Assembly (NCBI GenBank): GCA_965263035.1
Contig: OZ253580.1
Location: forward strand, 5,888,001 to 5,952,000
Length of the DNA stretch: 64,000 nt
Source of the DNA: Acidobacteriota bacterium
GTDB lineage: Bacteria > Acidobacteriota > UBA6911 > RPQK01 > JAJDTT01
Direction of reading: 5' to 3'
Below the pieces are notes generated by a model. It worked only from the letters and a program-made list of their open reading frames with translations. It did not search any database and had not been told where the DNA came from. The translations under genes were made by a program, and so were the position numbers. Shown piece by piece: positions 10,491-18,660 of the stretch. The number at the start of each line of letters is the position of its first letter. Position 1 is the first letter of the stretch.

Positions 10491-11258
10491 TTAAGGGTAT
10501 TCGGAGGCGGCTTGCTGCGGCGCTTTCTGCCCGACACCCAGGAGTTCCTTGGCCTTTTCCACACAGTCAATGGCGTCCTTGCCATAACGGTCGGCCCCCA
10601 TGTCGTCCGCGAACTCCTGAGTCACGGGAGCTCCACCCACCATCGTGCTGACGACATCTGTCAGACCCGCATCTTCCAAGGCCTGGATGGTTCTTCCCAT
10701 GTTGGGCATGGTCGTCGTCAGCAGGGCGGACATTCCGACGACCTGGGGCTCGTATTCGAATACCGAATCGACAAACTCGTCCGGCTTGGTATCGACACCC
10801 AGATCATGCACGACGAAACCGGCTCCCCGGAGCATCATGATGCACAGATTCTTTCCGATATCGTGGAGATCTCCCTTGACGGTTCCCATGACCACGGTGC
10901 CCATGGGTGGAATATCGGAAGCGGACAGTATGGGCTCGATATGCTTCATCCCGGCCTTCATGGCGCGGGCTGAAATCAGAACCTCGGGAACGAAAATGAT
11001 GTTGTCCCGGAATTTGATCCCGACCAGAGCCATTCCGGCAATCAGTCCGTCATCCAGCAGCGTGTTGGCGGCGTAACCGGTGTCCAGAGCCTCCCTGGTC
11101 AGGCGGTCGACTTCATGCTGGTTACCCACGATCAAGGCATAGCTGATGTTTTGCATCAAAGGATCGGCGTTCCGAAAGAGCGACTTGATGTGCTCTCGCT
11201 CGTGCCGGCGCGCAACGTGGCGGAGTTCCCTTGTCAGGCCCTCGTTAATATTAGACAT
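10491..11258 (-). CDS. Methyltransferase corrinoid (B12-binding) protein
   Basis: Cap domain GLIAGM..VG.KF...IFVPEVL, plus B12 motif GTVKGDLHDIGKNL...SALLTTTM...VGGAPV. Confidence 0.95.
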   Translation of the reverse strand: MSNINEGLTRELRHVARRHEREHIKSLFRNADPLMQNISYALIVGNQHEVDRLTREALDTGYAANTLLDDGLIAGMALVGIKFRDNIIFVPEVLISARAMKAGMKHIEPILSASDIPPMGTVVMGTVKGDLHDIGKNLCIMMLRGAGFVVHDLGVDTKPDEFVDSVFEYEPQVVGMSALLTTTMPNMGRTIQALEDAGLTDVVSTMVGGAPVTQEFADDMGADRYGKDAIDCVEKAKELLGVGQKAPQQAASEYP

Positions 11259-11382
11259 GCTGGAATTGCAGCCAGATCAACTAATTTGACAGACGCCAAG
11301 ACGACTTAAGAGAGAAATTAAACCTTTTCGGGTCGAGGTTTGTCAAACCGGACGGCGGACGGGACAGGGCTCTGAGAAAGCT

Positions 11383-12429
11383 TTACGCCCCGCTCAACCT
11401 CCCAGCCCGCCACGCCTGGATGTAGTTCATGCAGAAATCGTCCCGGCCCAAAAGCATGTCCCGAGCCAACCCGACTTTCTCCGAATTCAGGTCCAGGGCG
11501 AAGACGTCCTGCACGCGATTCTGGACAGGATCCATGATGGCGGCATCGATGCCGACTTCCAGACTCAGGTGAATGAAGGTCGCGTTGATGAGCTTCCGAT
11601 TGGGAAGGCCGAAGGAGACATTGCTCAACCCGCCGGTGACGTGGACCTCGTTTCCGAAGATTCTCCGCACCTCCCTTACCGCATCCAGAAAATGATGTCC
11701 GTAATCGGGGGAGACCGAAATCGGAAAGACCAGACAGTCGATGTACACATCGTCCAGAGCGAATCCTTGCCTCACGACCGCCTCCATGACCTGTTCCACG
11801 TTGGAAATCCGGTCGTCCGCGTCTTCCGGCATTCCCTCTTTCCCGGCGGCCGTCACAATCATGCGTGCATTGTTTTCCTGAACCAGATCCAGGGTTTCCA
11901 ACCGCTCCAGAGCCACGGAATTGACCAGAGGGCGGTGCGATCTGCGGGTGTGGGCTGCCAACCCCGCCGCGATGATCTCCGAATTTGAAGAATCGATGCT
12001 GAGCGGCAACGCCGTCATCTCCTGGACTTGTTGCACGAGCCAAGTCATGGCTCGCTTCTGAACACCGAGATCATAGGAGACCTCGTCCACGTTCAGATCA
12101 AGGAAATGGGCTCCGGTGGCTTCCTGGCGCCGGACCTCGAACTCGATGTAGGCGGTCCCCTCCGCCTCCTCTGCCGGATCGCCGCCGAGTCCCTTCTGGA
12201 CCGCAATCATGAAATGCTTGATTTGACCTTGCTCGTAGGGCTGCGTCTTCTTGAAACTCTCCGGCACCCGGAGATACCGGCGGTCACCCGGACTGGGATC
12301 GAAGAAGACGGCTTCCGCTCCGTCGGGCGCCGTCGCAGTCCGCTTGCCATTACGCAAGACGATGCGAGTCGTATGAATGTTCTCTCCGATGATGATCAGA
12401 CCGCCGGGTTCATGGATGAGCTTTGACAT
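11383..12429 (-). CDS. Pterin-binding methyl-THF:corrinoid methyltransferase (AcsE-like)
   Basis: IIIGENI, GAHFLDLN, LSIDSS, LVNSV, YIDCLVFPI, GGLSNVSFGLP.R..IN, AIMDP. Confidence 0.88.
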   Translation of the reverse strand: MSKLIHEPGGLIIIGENIHTTRIVLRNGKRTATAPDGAEAVFFDPSPGDRRYLRVPESFKKTQPYEQGQIKHFMIAVQKGLGGDPAEEAEGTAYIEFEVRRQEATGAHFLDLNVDEVSYDLGVQKRAMTWLVQQVQEMTALPLSIDSSNSEIIAAGLAAHTRRSHRPLVNSVALERLETLDLVQENNARMIVTAAGKEGMPEDADDRISNVEQVMEAVVRQGFALDDVYIDCLVFPISVSPDYGHHFLDAVREVRRIFGNEVHVTGGLSNVSFGLPNRKLINATFIHLSLEVGIDAAIMDPVQNRVQDVFALDLNSEKVGLARDMLLGRDDFCMNYIQAWRAGRLSGA

Positions 12430-12449
12430 GGAACACCCGGTTGGCGCCT

Positions 12450-13487
12450 TCAGGCGTAGTGATCCCGGCACCAGTCCTTGACCGCCCGTGGAATCTCGAT
12501 GAGGTTTTCCAGTTTGGTAGCCAGGGGAATGGCACACTCAGGGGAAATCATATCGACGCCCGCCGCCATGCATTCGTTGACGGCCGCTCGGACCTCCTCC
12601 GGCCCTCGGCTATAGAGGAGTTCCGGGTTGTTCAGATTCCCCACCAGGCGTATCCGTCCGGCAGCGATCTTCATGGCATCGGCAGGGTTGTTTTTGGAGT
12701 CGAAGTGGAAACAAGCCATTCCGGATTGAGCGATATAGTCCAGGCGATCCAACGTCTGGCCGCAGATATGGAGAATGAGCGGACACGGGATTCGCTCGCA
12801 CATCTCCTTGTGGATCTCCAACAGGAATCTACGATAGTACTCACCGCTCACCAGATCTCCGGTGGCGTGATCCGGAAAGGTCAGGGCATCGGCGCCCGCT
12901 TCGATCTGGGCCAGGGAAAAAGCAACCGAGATTTCCTTGAGCCGATCCAGACAGAGCATGGTCATCCCTGGGTCATCAATGCTCATGAGCAGAAACTTCT
13001 CCACGCCGAAGACATGATAGGCTAATGTCCAAGGCCCCATGGCTTTGCCGATGACGGCCACCTCGTCACCGTATTCCTTCTTCAGGATCCGGAGCGACTC
13101 CAGGACGCAGACATTGTCCGGATGGGTCAGGAAATCCTTCGGCATATGGATGTCGTCCGGCCCCGACCAGATCGGGTTGTTCATCCGTACCGTGGGCCAG
13201 TTGTCCTTGATCTCCCACTGCATGTCACATCCCAGGGCGGAAGACTCCTGGATGATGGTGAACACCGGCATGATGCAATCAAAGCCCAACTGGGTGTATC
13301 CCGTTGCCGCCAAGCGCGCGTTGAGTTCGGCGTCACGGCACGCGTCCGGAAACGGTGCGTCCACCATGTCCATGAGTTCCACGGTGGCGATATTGGTCGG
13401 ATTGCACACCGGGGGCCGATCCACCGGCTTGCCGGCCAGCGCGTTCATCACTCGCTCTCTGGGGGTCATGGTCTCCACGAATGGCAT
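12450..13487 (-). CDS. MtaA/CmuA-family (URO-D fold) Zn-dependent methylcobamide methyltransferase
   Basis: MTPRERV..AL.G.PVDRPP, GPWTLA, ILHICG (HxC), GNLN, SPECAI...LEN. Confidence 0.88.
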   Translation of the reverse strand: MPFVETMTPRERVMNALAGKPVDRPPVCNPTNIATVELMDMVDAPFPDACRDAELNARLAATGYTQLGFDCIMPVFTIIQESSALGCDMQWEIKDNWPTVRMNNPIWSGPDDIHMPKDFLTHPDNVCVLESLRILKKEYGDEVAVIGKAMGPWTLAYHVFGVEKFLLMSIDDPGMTMLCLDRLKEISVAFSLAQIEAGADALTFPDHATGDLVSGEYYRRFLLEIHKEMCERIPCPLILHICGQTLDRLDYIAQSGMACFHFDSKNNPADAMKIAAGRIRLVGNLNNPELLYSRGPEEVRAAVNECMAAGVDMISPECAIPLATKLENLIEIPRAVKDWCRDHYA

Positions 13488-13505
13488 TCCATCTGCTCCT
13501 TGGGA

Positions 13506-14180
13506 TCAGAGAGGGCTGAAGCCCGCGGTTCCGGTGGTGAGCTGACCTCTTTGGGCCGAACTCTCCAACATGTTCTCCACGGCGCTGATGTTGCGGGAGA
13601 AGGGGAACAGGAGCCGGACCAACGGCTCGTGACGGTGTCCACAGTTGAAGGAGACACCGAGGTTTCCCGCCTGCTCCATCTCGCCGTACTTTCGAAAGCC
13701 CATCGTAATGGCACGCAGGCGAAAAGGAGCGTTACGCGCCTCGCCCTGAGCCGAGACCTGGTAGACCCAACGATTCTCGGAGTGGTGAGGCGTGAGCTTC
13801 AAAGTCAATGGACTACGGGTATCCCGAAGCACCATCTCGCCCGTGGCGTGTGAATAATTCGGATCCTTTTCCACCGCTTGCGGCATCAGAAACTTGAGCG
13901 GTCTCGAATGAAGTACTCCACAGGGAAATCGAACCTGGTTCCTGCTGCCCTCTACGGCAACCAAGCCACCCAAATTGCAAAGTTGGTCTCGGATTCTTTC
14001 GATCCGGTCCTCGACCCCCGCCTTCTTGCCGTAGGTCCAGACGGTCAACAGACCGTCTTTCTCGTATAGACCGACGGTAATGTCGTGGAAATGCGGGTCC
14101 ATGGAAACCAGTTCGACGCAGCGCCCGTAGCGCTCGATCATCTCCTCCACCTGGGAAAGCTGACCTTCCCTACCCTTCAT
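13506..14180 (-). CDS. Hypothetical protein within the methyl-transfer operon
   Basis: 224-aa ORF, ATGA-coupled to the upstream gene and 18 bp from the downstream methyltransferase. No motif recognised. Confidence 0.75.
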   Translation of the reverse strand: MKGREGQLSQVEEMIERYGRCVELVSMDPHFHDITVGLYEKDGLLTVWTYGKKAGVEDRIERIRDQLCNLGGLVAVEGSRNQVRFPCGVLHSRPLKFLMPQAVEKDPNYSHATGEMVLRDTRSPLTLKLTPHHSENRWVYQVSAQGEARNAPFRLRAITMGFRKYGEMEQAGNLGVSFNCGHRHEPLVRLLFPFSRNISAVENMLESSAQRGQLTTGTAGFSPL

Positions 14181-14554
14181 GGCGAATTGCTCCCGGATGT
14201 TGCAGGACCCGGATCGTCACAGATCCAGCGCTCAAGTGCGCCAGGCCGCTCATCCCGCTGACCAGCACGGTGGAGCCGACAAATCCGGGCCGCCAAGTCC
14301 TCAGGAAGTCCTTGATTGAATCGACCCGCCCAAGCTTGGGCAAGCTGGCGTGGATCTCCCGAGTCCTGACCCTGATCCACCCACTCCCACCCCTCCAAAT
14401 AGGCATCGCTCCCCATGCTCCCTTCGAACATGGCAACGGCGTCCACCGCTTCCTGGAACCGGTGGTCCAGCGGTTCCGAAAATCGATCGCCACCGGATTC
14501 GACCTGTACCTGGACGGGGATCTCTTTCCAGTAGAGGACTCTGATTCTGGCCAC
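14177..14554 (-). CDS. Virulence_fact (PF13769-like) domain protein, first gene of the operon
   Basis: ARIRVLYWKEIPVQV...RFQEAVDAVAM..G..GSDAYLEGW matches my recollection of this family. GTG start follows a GGGAG SD. Confidence 0.72.
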   Translation of the reverse strand: MARIRVLYWKEIPVQVQVESGGDRFSEPLDHRFQEAVDAVAMFEGSMGSDAYLEGWEWVDQGQDSGDPRQLAQAWAGRFNQGLPEDLAARICRLHRAGQRDERPGALERWICDDPGPATSGSNSP

Positions 14555-14693
14555 GATTTGGACTCCCACGAGAGGCGATCCAGCCTGGACTACCGTCAGA
14601 ACCGGATCTACGGGACGTCTCCCCTTGCCAAGTCGGTTTCGGCGACCATTCCTCGGGGGGCGAAGGTGACCTGCTCCGTCCCACGGGAAAGTC

Positions 14694-14722
14694 AGGCTAC
14701 ACCAGCGTGGACACCCTGTAAA
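14694..14722 (-). promoter_or_regulatory. Putative sigma70 promoter of the methyl-transfer operon
   Basis: Minus strand TTTACA-17 bp-TAGCCT, about 140 nt upstream of the first GTG. Confidence 0.45.
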
Positions 14723-14797
14723 GCCCGCCGGCGCCGGATACTCCCGGCCATGTGGCTGGTGCTGCGCGGTCCTTTCACCGACTCCGATACGCCTTTC

Positions 14798-14827
14798 TTG
14801 ACTTGGTCGGAGCCACTTCCGCAAAAT
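14798..14827 (+). promoter_or_regulatory. Putative sigma70 promoter of xdhC (leaderless arrangement)
   Basis: TTGACT-18 bp-CAAAAT, then 6 nt to ATG 14834, with no SD. Confidence 0.4.
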
Positions 14828-14833
14828 GTCGTC

Positions 14834-15691
14834 ATGGATGTCTACGAGGAAATTGTCCGGCTCCGGCGTGAAGGACGTTCGGGCGCAGTGGCCACCATTG
14901 TCCGGCGCCTTGGGAGCACTCCCCGGAAAGACCATGCCAAGATGCTGGTCCGCCAGGATGGAAGCTTCGTGGGCACCGTCGGCGGCGGCTGTGTCGAAGC
15001 CGAAGTCTGGCGCCATGCCAACCAGGTCATGGAATCGGGCCGGGCCACACTGGTCAAATATGAATTGACCCAGGAAGATACGGAAAACGAGGGCTTGGTC
15101 TGCGGCGGAACCGTGGAGATATTCATCGAGCCCGTGATTCCCGAGCCCACGTTGATTCTCATGGGAGCCGGACACTTGGGGCAGGCCATCGCCGCGGCTG
15201 CCGACAAGGTCGGTTTTCAGGTCGTAGTCCTGGATGACCGGGAGGCTTTCTCCAATCGCCAACGATTTCCCCGCGCCCGGGAGGTGATCGTAGACTCCTT
15301 CCGGACGGGTCTCTCCCAGACATCGGTGACTATCAACACCTTCATCCTGGTCATCACTCGGGGTCACAGCCACGACCACGCCGCAATGGAACAGGCCATT
15401 CAGACCGAGGCCCGATACGTGGGACTGGTGGGCAGTCGCCGAAAGATCCAGCTGATCGTCGATAGCCTTCTGCAACAGGGATATCCGCCCGATCTGTTCG
15501 AGAACCTCTATGCTCCCATTGGACTGGCCATCGGATCTGAGACTCCGGAAGAGATCGCAATCAGCGTCGTCGGTGAACTGATCGCCATCCGCAAGGGCGT
15601 GCATGAGCGGAACCGAAAACAACGTTTCGTTCGGAAAATCCTGGAGCGCGCAAGAACAAAGCAAGCTCCAGCCCAGGTTGCTGCCGGCTAG
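14834..15691 (+). CDS. xdhC: XdhC/CoxI-family molybdenum cofactor maturation factor
   Basis: ATIV...GSTPR...AKM, GTVGGGCVE, GLVCGG.VEIFIEP, GAGH, DDRE, TRGH.HD, YVGLVGSRRK, PIGL.IGSETPEEIA. Confidence 0.92.
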   Translation: MDVYEEIVRLRREGRSGAVATIVRRLGSTPRKDHAKMLVRQDGSFVGTVGGGCVEAEVWRHANQVMESGRATLVKYELTQEDTENEGLVCGGTVEIFIEPVIPEPTLILMGAGHLGQAIAAAADKVGFQVVVLDDREAFSNRQRFPRAREVIVDSFRTGLSQTSVTINTFILVITRGHSHDHAAMEQAIQTEARYVGLVGSRRKIQLIVDSLLQQGYPPDLFENLYAPIGLAIGSETPEEIAISVVGELIAIRKGVHERNRKQRFVRKILERARTKQAPAQVAAG

Positions 15692-16909
15692 TACCCAATA
15701 ACATGTAATTGTTCGTATACTATGGTGGGAGGCTGGAGGACTCGGAAGGAGGAGTTCTCATGGCACCACGCTATCGTGTCACGCTCACTGTGGAAGAGCG
15801 CTCAGAATTGAAGGCCTTGACCCGGGCCGCGACCAAGACCACCGGCAAGCGGTTCCTGTACGCGCGGGCTCTGTTGTTGTGCGACCGCGGGCCGGAAGGG
15901 CCGGGATGGACCGTGGCCCGGGTGGCCGAGGCGCTGGGCGTCTCAACCCGCACGATCGAGCACTTGAAACGGCGGTTTGTGGAGCAGGGTTTGGAGTTCG
16001 CCTTGGAGCGCAAGCGGCGGGTGCGGCCGCCGCGGAAAGTGATCTTCGACGGCGCGTTCGAGGCTCGCCTGGTCGCCTTGGCCTGCTCTCCGGCCCCGCC
16101 AGGACGGAAGCGCTGGACCCTGCGCCTGCTGGCGGAGAAAGTAGTGGAACTGGGCTGGGTCGAGCGGGTGTCGGTGATGACGGTGCAGCGGACGCTAAAA
16201 AAAACCAACTGCAGCCTCATCGGAAGAAGTATTGGCGGATCCCGCCCCGGGGCAGCGCCGCATTCGTAGCCTGCATGGAGGACGTTTTAGAAGTCTATGC
16301 CCGTCCGTACGACCCCCGTCGTCCGGTGGTCTGCATGGACGAGACCAACAAGCAGTTGATCGGAGAAGTGCGGGAGCCTTTGCCGGTCGCGCCCGGCCAG
16401 CCGGAGCGAGTCGAGCATGAGTATGTGCGCAACGGGGTCGCGCAGATCTTCCTGGAGGTGGAGCCACTGACCGGCCGCTGCCATGTGGAGGCGACCGAGC
16501 GGCGCACGCGACAGGATTGGGCCCGGTGGATCGAGGGCATGTTGGAGAGGCGATACCCGGAGGCCGAGCGGGTGGTCCTGGTCTTGGACAACCTGAACAC
16601 GCACGGAATCGAATCGCTGTACGCGACCTACGAGCCTCGACACGCTCGCCAACTGGCACAACGACTGGAAATCCACTACACGCCGAAGCACGGCAGTTGG
16701 CTCAACATTGCAGAAATCGAATTGAGCGCGCTGTGCGGACAATGCCTGGACCGCCGGATTCCAAGCCTGGCCGGGATGCAACGTGAGATCGGGGCTTGGG
16801 TTGCGGATCGGAACCAACGGCAAACCGAGATCGACTGGCAGTTCAAGACGGAGGATGCACGGATCAAGCTGAAGAGCCTGTATCCACAACTTTAAGTGTT
16901 ACGGGGTAC
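15691..16909 (+). mobile_element. Complete IS630-family insertion sequence
   Basis: TA duplication at 15689-15690 and 16910-16911. Imperfect TIRs GTACCCAATAACATGTAA / TTAAGTGTTACGGGGTAC. Internal transposase. Confidence 0.92.
15760..16895 (+). CDS. IS630 transposase, two ORFs joined by a -1 frameshift
   Basis: HTH ORF from ATG 15760 (GGAGG SD). DDE ORF in the -1 frame: CMDE, LVLDNLNTH, YTPKHGSWLNIAEIE. A8 slippery run at 16197-16204. Confidence 0.9.
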
Positions 16910-16911
16910 TA

Positions 16912-17072
16912 GGAGTCTGCGCGGTAGAAATGATCGTAGCGAGAAAGTGGGGAATCGAGGCCGGATTTTCTCGATTTGGAGGTGCATAGTTGTTCTATTC
17001 GCCGAGAAATCGGGGAAATATGGACCGATTCTACCGCTTTCGCAGTAGATCAATTTCTGCGGCGCAGGCTCC
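16912..17072 (+). repeat. MITE-like family A, copy 1 (161 bp)
   Basis: TIR GGAGTCTGCGC/GCGCAGGCTCC. Near-identical to 27686-27846 and 35988-36148. Confidence 0.88.
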
Positions 17073-17147
17073 CAGCCGGCTCAGCGCCCCACTCAAACCG
17101 AAAGCATCCGACCGATCCCCAATCCGCATACGGATCGAAGGCGCCAC

Positions 17148-17816
17148 CTACACGGAATCGACTCCCCCTGCCAGTAAGCGGAGGATCTTTTCGTCCATCG
17201 CGCCCTTCCTGACGATCCGGGGTGTCTTCGCGCATAGATCCAAGACCGTGGAAGGCACCGATCCGCGAAGCGGTCCCGCGTCCAGAAAAAGGTCGACTTT
17301 CCGGCCGAAGAGGTCTTCCATCCGTGATCTGGATTCCGGAGCCGGCTGGCCCGCCAGATTGGCGCTGGTGGAGACGATGGGAGCAGCGAGGCGTTTCAGC
17401 CAGAGTCGGAGGAAAGGCAGGCTGGGGTAACGCAACCCGACCTTGCCCTGGCTTCCGGTGATGGCCGCCGGGAGCGAAGGCGCCGCCGGAACCAGGAAGG
17501 TGACGGGCCCCGGCCAAAGCCGGGCCGCCAGCCGGTGAAACTGTCGTGGCAATCGCCGGGAAAGTTTTGCGGCCGATTTCAGATCTGGAATCAGGAGCAA
17601 CAGACCCTTGCCCGCAGCCCGCCGCTTCAGTTGCAGAATCCTCTCGATGGCGGGCTCGCAAAAGCCATGGCACCCGAATCCGTATACGGTATCCGTGGGA
17701 TAAAGGAGGACTTCCCCTCGATCGACCGCCCGGGACGCCGCCTCGAGGGCACGCGGTTCGGGCCGGTCCAGATCGACGGCCAGCCTTCGTCTCCAACCTC
17801 TCTTGGCGTTCTCCAT
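17148..17816 (-). CDS. tsaC: L-threonylcarbamoyladenylate synthase (Sua5/YrdC/TsaC)
   Basis: YPTDTVYGFGC, LK.R...K, LWPGPVT, VGLRYP, STSANLAG, PSTVLDL. Start may be 17831. Confidence 0.9.
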   Translation of the reverse strand: MENAKRGWRRRLAVDLDRPEPRALEAASRAVDRGEVLLYPTDTVYGFGCHGFCEPAIERILQLKRRAAGKGLLLLIPDLKSAAKLSRRLPRQFHRLAARLWPGPVTFLVPAAPSLPAAITGSQGKVGLRYPSLPFLRLWLKRLAAPIVSTSANLAGQPAPESRSRMEDLFGRKVDLFLDAGPLRGSVPSTVLDLCAKTPRIVRKGAMDEKILRLLAGGVDSV

Positions 17817-17886
17817 CTGCTCCCGTTCCATTCCGACTGGTTGGGGCCGGGACGGCCTTCATCGCGGGCTGGTAGAATATCATCAG

Positions 17887-18660
17887 GTGTCCGCTTCTCC
17901 GGAGGTGATCCGAAGCCGGTCGAACAAACGCTTTCAACGGCTGCGCCTGCTGGTGGCCAGTTGTGCCTCTTCCGATGGTCCCTGGGTCATGGTGGAAGGG
18001 TGGAAACAGGTTTCGGATCTTTCCAGGACTCTCGAAATAGAAGTTCTTCTCTACTCTCAGGACGGCGATGCCCGACTCTCCCAGTTGCGGCGACGGAGCC
18101 GCCAATGTCTCCATCTTTCCAAGCCTTTGTTCAAATCGCTCTCCAGTGTGGAAAATCCCCAGGGAGTTGCCGCATTCTTTCCGAAACGGAAATGGAATTG
18201 GTCCGATCTGGGTCCCTATGTCCTCTACGCCCACGAGCTCCAGGACCCGGGAAATCTTGGAACGCTGTTGAGAACGGCCGAGTCGACAGGCCAGTTCACA
18301 CTGGTGACTTCTCCGGGTTGCGCCTGCTGTTACGGTTCCAAGACGGTTCGGGCGTCGGTGGGAGCGGCCTTACGCCTACCGTTGCTGGAGAGGATACCGT
18401 GGACGTCTCTCAGGTCCAGAGGCTACCAGTTGTGGGCCACAACGCATCTGGGCGGAACCTCCCTGTTCCAGGCCAGATTCCGTCCTCCTCTGGCGGTGCT
18501 GGTCGGGAACGAGGGCAACGGGCTTCCGAGCCGAATCCTGGAAGCAGCGGACCATCTGTTGCACATCCCCATGGGATTCGCCGAGGGGAGCCTCAACGCG
18601 GCCGTTGCCGGCTCGCTCGCCCTGTACGAGGTCTTTCGACGGGAGCAAGTGGATGAATAA
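17887..18660 (+). CDS. TrmH/SpoU-family RNA 2'-O-methyltransferase
   Basis: PQGVAA, LQDPGNLGTLLRTA, VRASVG, GNEGNG, IPM....SLNAAVAGSLALYE. Start uncertain. Confidence 0.9.
   Translation: MSASPEVIRSRSNKRFQRLRLLVASCASSDGPWVMVEGWKQVSDLSRTLEIEVLLYSQDGDARLSQLRRRSRQCLHLSKPLFKSLSSVENPQGVAAFFPKRKWNWSDLGPYVLYAHELQDPGNLGTLLRTAESTGQFTLVTSPGCACCYGSKTVRASVGAALRLPLLERIPWTSLRSRGYQLWATTHLGGTSLFQARFRPPLAVLVGNEGNGLPSRILEAADHLLHIPMGFAEGSLNAAVAGSLALYEVFRREQVDE

Noticed and set aside
11383-12429. Dihydropteroate synthase folP
   Set aside because: The IGENI and GLSNVSFGLP motifs and the context fit the AcsE/MetH pterin-binding domain.
7032-13487. Wood-Ljungdahl pathway or methanogenesis cluster
   Set aside because: No CODH/ACS, CoFeSP subunits, fhs or mcr genes occur in the window; only the methyl-transfer branch is present.
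12450-13487. Uroporphyrinogen decarboxylase hemE
   Set aside because: There is no RQAGR motif; the HxC Zn motif and corrinoid context indicate a methyltransferase.
14270-14833. Long N-terminal extension of XdhC and the 495-aa minus-strand ORF 14177-15664
   Set aside because: These are mutual shadow frames. Homology starts at ATG 14834 (plus) and GTG 14554 (minus).
16197-16204. Transposase pseudogene by frameshift
   Set aside because: An A8 run joining the HTH and DDE frames at -1 is the normal programmed arrangement in IS630 elements, and the TIRs and TA duplication are intact.
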